Origin: an uncultured archaeon
Lineage (GTDB): Archaea > Asgardarchaeota > Lokiarchaeia > Sigyniarchaeales > SOKP01
Length of the DNA: 22,070 nucleotides
NCBI GenBank assembly: GCA_964583985.1
Contig: CAZOYD010000042.1
Coordinates: forward strand, 9,203-31,272
Reading direction: 5' to 3'
The notes under the pieces are model-generated. The model did no database searches. It saw only the letters and a list, made by a program, of their open reading frames with translations, and was not told the origin of the DNA. This document shows, piece by piece, positions 17,136 to 22,070 of the stretch. Position 1 is the first letter of the stretch, and each line of letters opens with the position of its first letter. The position numbers and the translations under genes were made by a program.

Positions 17136-18646
17136 GTAAAAAGATAATTTTTGTGGGACCTTCAGGTGCAGGTAAAACAACTTTAAAGAAGCTCTTTTTT
17201 GAAGGTGAAAATTCAACTAAATTGTTAGAGTATGCGTTAGAGCCAACATATGGAGAAGAATCTCTCATAATAAAATTACCAGGACTAGAAGAAGATATTG
17301 GAATCTTTGATTTGGCAGGACAAGAAAATGAAAGATGGTTAAGCTCTGAAGCGAATTCGATTTTTTATGAAACAAGAATCATCATTGTAGTTATCGACGT
17401 TTCAGCAAATTTGGAAAGTACTATCGATTTTATTTCGCGAATAATTGAGATCCGTAATCAGTTAACTCCTGAAACAAAAATTTATGTTTTACTTCATAAA
17501 ATCGATTTGATTGGCGAGAAACGAATTAGAGACATCAGTGAAGGGATTAAGCATAAGTTCTCTTCTGAAAAATTGCTAAAATTTTTATTCACCAGCTTAA
17601 AAAAGAAATATCTCACGCAAACATTGTCTTACTTCATTGAAATTATGAAGGCTTGTCTTGTTGATGAGACATCTGAAGAAGCTTTAATGTTTAATGTTAT
17701 AGATGAATCTATGAAATTAATACATTTAATTGATGAAAGTATCATTCTACCAAGAGAAAATTTGCATGAAAAATTAAATCGTCCTGAAAATTTAGTTAAT
17801 TTTTTAATCAAGAGTCTTGTTTTGAAAGGTCATCTCAAGATAGAGACTAACAACAACCAAGAATTAATAAGTTTAACAGAAAAAGGAAGAGAATATTTTA
17901 AGGATGTTATAAAAACTTTCTCCAAAGCCAGCATAAATATAATTCAATTAAAAATGGAAGAAATTATTCCCCCTTTTATTGGTGCTTTTATAGCTGACAA
18001 GGATGGACGTACTTTATTAAAAATTGAAATATTTGATGAGGCCCTCGAAAAGTTTCTTATAACCGAGGTTTCAAATGATCCTAACTTTATTCCAGTAGAT
18101 TTAGATTTGATCCCAATGTTTATTAGTGCACTAGAGAAATTTTCGCTTGAACTGAATATTCAAGATTTGTCTGGTTTTGGACTAAAAGGAAGTAATTTAG
18201 GAATGCACATATTAACATATGATAATTTTACTGTTACCTTTTTTATGAATCCTAATGTAAATATAGCCCCTGTTCTCAATAAAGTTGATAATTTTTTTAA
18301 AAATTTATTTGAAGAATTTAAAGATGATTTCGAATATAGTTTAAGAACTGGTCAAATCGACGGATTATTCCCTTTAATGAAATTAGGGCAGAATTGGCTT
18401 AAAGAGTTGAATGAAACATATAATGACATGATTATTAAATTAGAAATTTATGATTTAGAAAATGCTCAACAATTATATAATGATCTTGATAATTTATTCG
18501 ATAGAGTCAATCTTAACTATTCTCTTACACTTGAAAGAATCAAAAAATTGAAAGTTAATCTAATGAAGGCCATTTTGGAAAATGATTTTGAGGAGTTAAA
18601 AAAAATAGCACAAATCACGCAAGATTTAAGTGCCAAGTTCTTATAG
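17132..18646 (+). CDS. Multidomain Rag/Gtr-like small GTPase: GTPase + winged HTH + longin/roadblock-like domain + helical tail
   Basis: G1 GPSGAGKTT, G2 PTYG, G3 DLAGQ, G4 HKID, G5 TSL. wHTH LIKSLVLKGHL..ISLTEKGREY. Longin-like FIADKDGRTLL..DLIPMFISALEKFSLEL. The TTG start overlaps the upstream TGA (TTGA). Confidence 0.85.
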   Translation: MSKKIIFVGPSGAGKTTLKKLFFEGENSTKLLEYALEPTYGEESLIIKLPGLEEDIGIFDLAGQENERWLSSEANSIFYETRIIIVVIDVSANLESTIDFISRIIEIRNQLTPETKIYVLLHKIDLIGEKRIRDISEGIKHKFSSEKLLKFLFTSLKKKYLTQTLSYFIEIMKACLVDETSEEALMFNVIDESMKLIHLIDESIILPRENLHEKLNRPENLVNFLIKSLVLKGHLKIETNNNQELISLTEKGREYFKDVIKTFSKASINIIQLKMEEIIPPFIGAFIADKDGRTLLKIEIFDEALEKFLITEVSNDPNFIPVDLDLIPMFISALEKFSLELNIQDLSGFGLKGSNLGMHILTYDNFTVTFFMNPNVNIAPVLNKVDNFFKNLFEEFKDDFEYSLRTGQIDGLFPLMKLGQNWLKELNETYNDMIIKLEIYDLENAQQLYNDLDNLFDRVNLNYSLTLERIKKLKVNLMKAILENDFEELKKIAQITQDLSAKFL

Positions 18647-18663
18647 TTCCCAAAATATTCATG

Positions 18664-20796
18664 CTACATTTTTTCTAATTTTTTAGGAATATTAAATGTA
18701 AAGGTTGAGCCAACACCTAATAAACTAGTAAAATTAATTTCTCCACCATGTAATTCGATTAGTCTTTTTGTTAGAGACAAGCCTAAACCTGTACCTTGTA
18801 CAGATCGAACATATGCGGAGTCAACTCTTTTAAATTCTTTAAATATAAGTGGAAAATCTTTTTTATCAATCCCGATCCCAGTGTCTACTATCTTAAAAAT
18901 CCAATTATAATAATTTTGTGTAATCTTCAATCTGACTGTTCCATCAATAGTGAATTTAATTGCATTACTCAGAAGATTCAGTAAAATTTCTTTAAATCTA
19001 ATCGGATCTGCATATATCTCAAGTTCTTCTTCTATCCCCTTTATTTTTAAATTAATTTTTTTTTGGTCATATAATGGTCGTAAACTTGATTTAATTTGTT
19101 CCAGTAATGAATTCAATGAAAATTTCTGAATATTCAATGTCAATTGTCCGGACTCAATTTTGGTAATGTTTAGGATATGTTTAATCATTTCAAATTGATG
19201 TTCAGCTGAGCTTTTAATATCCACTATAAATTCCTTTTGTTCATCGCTTAAGTCTCCATAAACACCTTCTAAAAGTAAATCAGTAAATCCTATTATCGCG
19301 TTTAAAGGAGTGCGTAATTCATGTGACATCGTAGCCATAAATTCGGTTTTAAATTGAGAAGATTTAACAATCTGGTCCAAGTATAATTTTTGCTGTGCAA
19401 GAGCATCGTGTAGTTCTTTAGTTCTTATTTCAACTTTTTCTTCGATTTCTTCTTTAAACTTCGCTTCGAAAAGCTCATTTCTTTTTTTTTCTGTAATATC
19501 TTGAAAGATTAACTGGATTATACTAATGCCATATTGTTTAATTAAAGATGCTTGGAGTTTTACCCAAATTTGTTTATTTCCTTGATGATTGATTTGAACT
19601 TCAATTGGTTTTGGAAATTTATTATTAAAGGATGCTTGAAATATTCTTTTAAAATAAGTTCTTATCTCTAAAGGAAAAAGATTATTAAGTTCATCTATAG
19701 TCTTTCCTTTCAAAGATTCAATACCATATCCTAAGATTTTACTTGTTATTGAATTACAATCCAGTATTTCTCCCTTTAAATTGATTAATATTATAGCATT
19801 AGGGGAATTATCGAATAAATTCTTATATCTCTCCTCAACTAACTTTCTCTCAGTTATATCTCTTGATACAATGAGCCATTTTTGCTTATTATCCTTATCA
19901 ATAAAAGATTGACCCCGGCATTCAAACCATAACCATGCTCCATTTTTGTGCTGGAATCTAAGTTCTAAAAAATTATAATTTTCATTAGATCTTGTTTTAT
20001 ATACTTGAGTAAATTGTTCAACTTCATCTTTATGTATGAAGTCTAAACAGGAGTAACCTATAAATTCCTTACTTTGATACCCTAGTAGCTTGATTAGAGT
20101 ATGCTCATTAATATATTCAAATTTATAATTTGAGTTTATTATAATAACCAAATCATTGATATTTTCCAAGATTAATCTATAGCTTTCTTCTGACTCTTTT
20201 ATTAATACTTCAAATTTTTCTCGCTCAAGTGCATTTCCTATAATTTGAGATGTGATGCGGAGCAGTGAGAAATCTTTCTCTCTCCATTCTCTTGTAAAAT
20301 TTACTGTGTCAAAGCCTAAAAAACCAAATAAACTAGATTTTACGTAAATTGGAAAAATAAGCACTGATTTTATATTCTGTAGTTCAAAGAATTCTTTTGT
20401 TGCACCTGCATTTTCGGGAAGATTATCAATATTTGAGGTATGGAAGATTTTTCCATTCATAAGTTGATCGATTAACCATGGAAATCTACTTAATTCTAAA
20501 TTTTGAAGCACATGTACTCGTGGACTTATATTTTCTTCATTCCACTCGTAAGTATTGCTGACATATTTTGCATCTTTACTAATTGTGAATATATAACTAC
20601 GACTCACACCACTAAAAATTGCGATATCTCTTAATGTTGCATTGATCACTTCATCAATGTTAAAATTTCCGAGAAATCTTGATGAAATCGTAGATATTAC
20701 CGTTTCAAGATTCAACCAATGTTCCAACAATTCGAGTGTTCCCTTCGTAATTTCCTCATGATCGCGTGAAAGATCTTCCTTATTATCCAACATCAT
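18664..20796 (-). CDS. Cytoplasmic sensor histidine kinase, GAF-PAS-PAS-HisKA-HATPase
   Basis: GAF (NTYEW..IKSVLIFPI..FGFLGFD), two PAS/PAC units ending in RDITE/QDITE, H-box MSHELRTPL, N-box NLLSNAIKF, DTGIG, GTGLGL; no TM segment. Confidence 0.95.
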   Translation of the reverse strand: MMLDNKEDLSRDHEEITKGTLELLEHWLNLETVISTISSRFLGNFNIDEVINATLRDIAIFSGVSRSYIFTISKDAKYVSNTYEWNEENISPRVHVLQNLELSRFPWLIDQLMNGKIFHTSNIDNLPENAGATKEFFELQNIKSVLIFPIYVKSSLFGFLGFDTVNFTREWREKDFSLLRITSQIIGNALEREKFEVLIKESEESYRLILENINDLVIIINSNYKFEYINEHTLIKLLGYQSKEFIGYSCLDFIHKDEVEQFTQVYKTRSNENYNFLELRFQHKNGAWLWFECRGQSFIDKDNKQKWLIVSRDITERKLVEERYKNLFDNSPNAIILINLKGEILDCNSITSKILGYGIESLKGKTIDELNNLFPLEIRTYFKRIFQASFNNKFPKPIEVQINHQGNKQIWVKLQASLIKQYGISIIQLIFQDITEKKRNELFEAKFKEEIEEKVEIRTKELHDALAQQKLYLDQIVKSSQFKTEFMATMSHELRTPLNAIIGFTDLLLEGVYGDLSDEQKEFIVDIKSSAEHQFEMIKHILNITKIESGQLTLNIQKFSLNSLLEQIKSSLRPLYDQKKINLKIKGIEEELEIYADPIRFKEILLNLLSNAIKFTIDGTVRLKITQNYYNWIFKIVDTGIGIDKKDFPLIFKEFKRVDSAYVRSVQGTGLGLSLTKRLIELHGGEINFTSLLGVGSTFTFNIPKKLEKM
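19264..19326. repeat. 63-bp near-identical repeat shared by the two kinase H-boxes (second copy 21447-21509)
   Basis: 61 of 63 nt are identical by manual alignment. Confidence 0.85.
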
Positions 20797-20810
20797 AAAT
20801 TCATTAATAT

Positions 20811-22070
20811 TTATAAAATTTTTAAAAAATGTTCTACTTCAAACGATTCTTTACGTATAAGTTCATTAGGTATTCTAATTTGGAATGTCGTACCTTCTCC
20901 CTGTTTACTATTAAATGAGATACTCCCACCATGAAGTTCCACAATTCTCTTAGTTAACGCTAAACCTAAACCAGCTCCAGGTGTCGCATCTACAAGTGGT
21001 GTTTTAACTCTTTTGAAATCCTTGAAAATGAAACCAAAATTCTCTTCTGCTATCCCAATACCTGAATCCTTGATAAATAATTCCCATCCTTCTTTATCGG
21101 AAGAAAATTCTATGATAATATATCCTTTTTCAGTGAATTTAATTGCATTAGTCAGAATATTGTAAATTATATCTTTGAGTTTTAAGGGATCTCCTTTTAC
21201 TATTTGTTTCTTTTTAATTCCTCTCATATCTACTACTAATTTTTTTTCATCAATCGCTGATCTCAAAGTTGATAAAATATTATTTATAAAATCATATAGG
21301 CGTATTTCTTCGTAGTTCAATGAAATTTGACCAGATTCTATTTTAGAAATATCTAATATCTGTGAGATCATGTTAAATTGATGTTCAGCTGAACTTTTAA
21401 TATCCTTGATAAATTCTAATTGCTCATTGCTTAAACTTCCATATATACCTTCTAAAAGTAAATCAGTAAATCCTATAATGGCGTTTAAAGGAGTGCGTAA
21501 TTCATGTGATATAGTCGCCAAAAATTCTGTTTTAAAATGCGAACTTTTGATAATTTGATCGAGATATACTTTCTGCTTTTCAAGGGCTTCAGTTAGTTGA
21601 TTCGTCCGTATTTCCACTTCCTCTTCGAGCTTCTCGCTAAAACTTCTCCTTAAAGCCTCACTTTTCTTTCTCTCTGATACGTCTCTGACAAATCCTTTAA
21701 ATCCTATAACTTTATTATTATCATTCAACTTTAAATAAACAGAAGATTCTAAATATATAATTTCTCCATTGGTTTTTCTCTGTGGATATTCTATTATTTT
21801 AAATTTCTTCTTAGTTCTCAACAATTCACTAGATTCATTAAATATATATTGTTTTGTATCTTCATCACATAATTCACTATAATTTTTCTTTAAAAGTTCT
21901 TCTCTTGTAAAACCGGTAATTTCTGCTAATGCTCCGTTAAAAAAAGTAAAGTTTCCGTCTAAATCAACCTCGAAATATCCTTCTTTAATAGTCTCAAGAA
22001 TGCTCCTATATTTTTCTTCAGATTTTTTTAACTGTTCTTGAATTAACTTTATATCCGTTATATCTCTTCC
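20811..22070 (-). CDS. PAS-domain sensor histidine kinase (5' end beyond window)
   Basis: The frame is open to the window edge (GRDITDIKLIQEQLKKSEEKYRSILETIKEGYFEVDLDGNF...), so the track start at 21824 is internal. ISHELRTPL, NILTNAIKF, DSGIG and GAGLGL are present. Confidence 0.95.
   Translation of the reverse strand, partial: GRDITDIKLIQEQLKKSEEKYRSILETIKEGYFEVDLDGNFTFFNGALAEITGFTREELLKKNYSELCDEDTKQYIFNESSELLRTKKKFKIIEYPQRKTNGEIIYLESSVYLKLNDNNKVIGFKGFVRDVSERKKSEALRRSFSEKLEEEVEIRTNQLTEALEKQKVYLDQIIKSSHFKTEFLATISHELRTPLNAIIGFTDLLLEGIYGSLSNEQLEFIKDIKSSAEHQFNMISQILDISKIESGQISLNYEEIRLYDFINNILSTLRSAIDEKKLVVDMRGIKKKQIVKGDPLKLKDIIYNILTNAIKFTEKGYIIIEFSSDKEGWELFIKDSGIGIAEENFGFIFKDFKRVKTPLVDATPGAGLGLALTKRIVELHGGSISFNSKQGEGTTFQIRIPNELIRKESFEVEHFLKIL

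Noticed and set aside
31-18984. Short ORF-track entries overlapping longer genes (31-273, 823-1035, 2534-2761, 3501-3704, 5072-5317, 5405-5668, 7053-7262, 7831-8100, 10865-11068, 12397-12579, 13440-13844, 14057-14326, 15409-15669, 16004-16189, 17629-17811, 18796-18984)
   Set aside because: These are antisense or alternate-frame shadows of well-supported genes, with no motifs.

Overview
AT-rich archaeal DNA, most likely from an Asgard archaeon (Lokiarchaeia-like). This assignment is inferred from the gene content: Rag/Gtr-type small GTPases, a roadblock/LC7 protein, longin/uDENN-like domains and a wHTH-TPR protein. The left part (1-13.2 kb) is mixed accessory content. It holds a 5'-truncated MFS exporter, a radical-SAM-like protein lacking CxxxCxxC, a 999-aa tandem-wHTH/TPR protein facing a divergent run of small ORFs, an acidic Trp-repeat microprotein, a vapBC pair, a VOC protein, an Old Yellow Enzyme, a HAD hydrolase and an SDR. 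The ORF track misses four features: a stand-alone PAN N-domain (coiled coil + OB) gene with one in-frame TAA, two Cys4 microproteins and a possible 26-aa peptide. The right part (13.3-22 kb) is the best candidate for an undescribed system. Two translationally coupled multidomain Rag-like GTPases sit between two paralogous PAS histidine kinases and a DivK/CheY-type receiver, which is followed by a longin/uDENN-coiled-coil protein and a roadblock protein. This suggests a proto-Rag/Ragulator-like module linked to two-component signalling. All domain calls come from manual motif recognition; no database searches were run.
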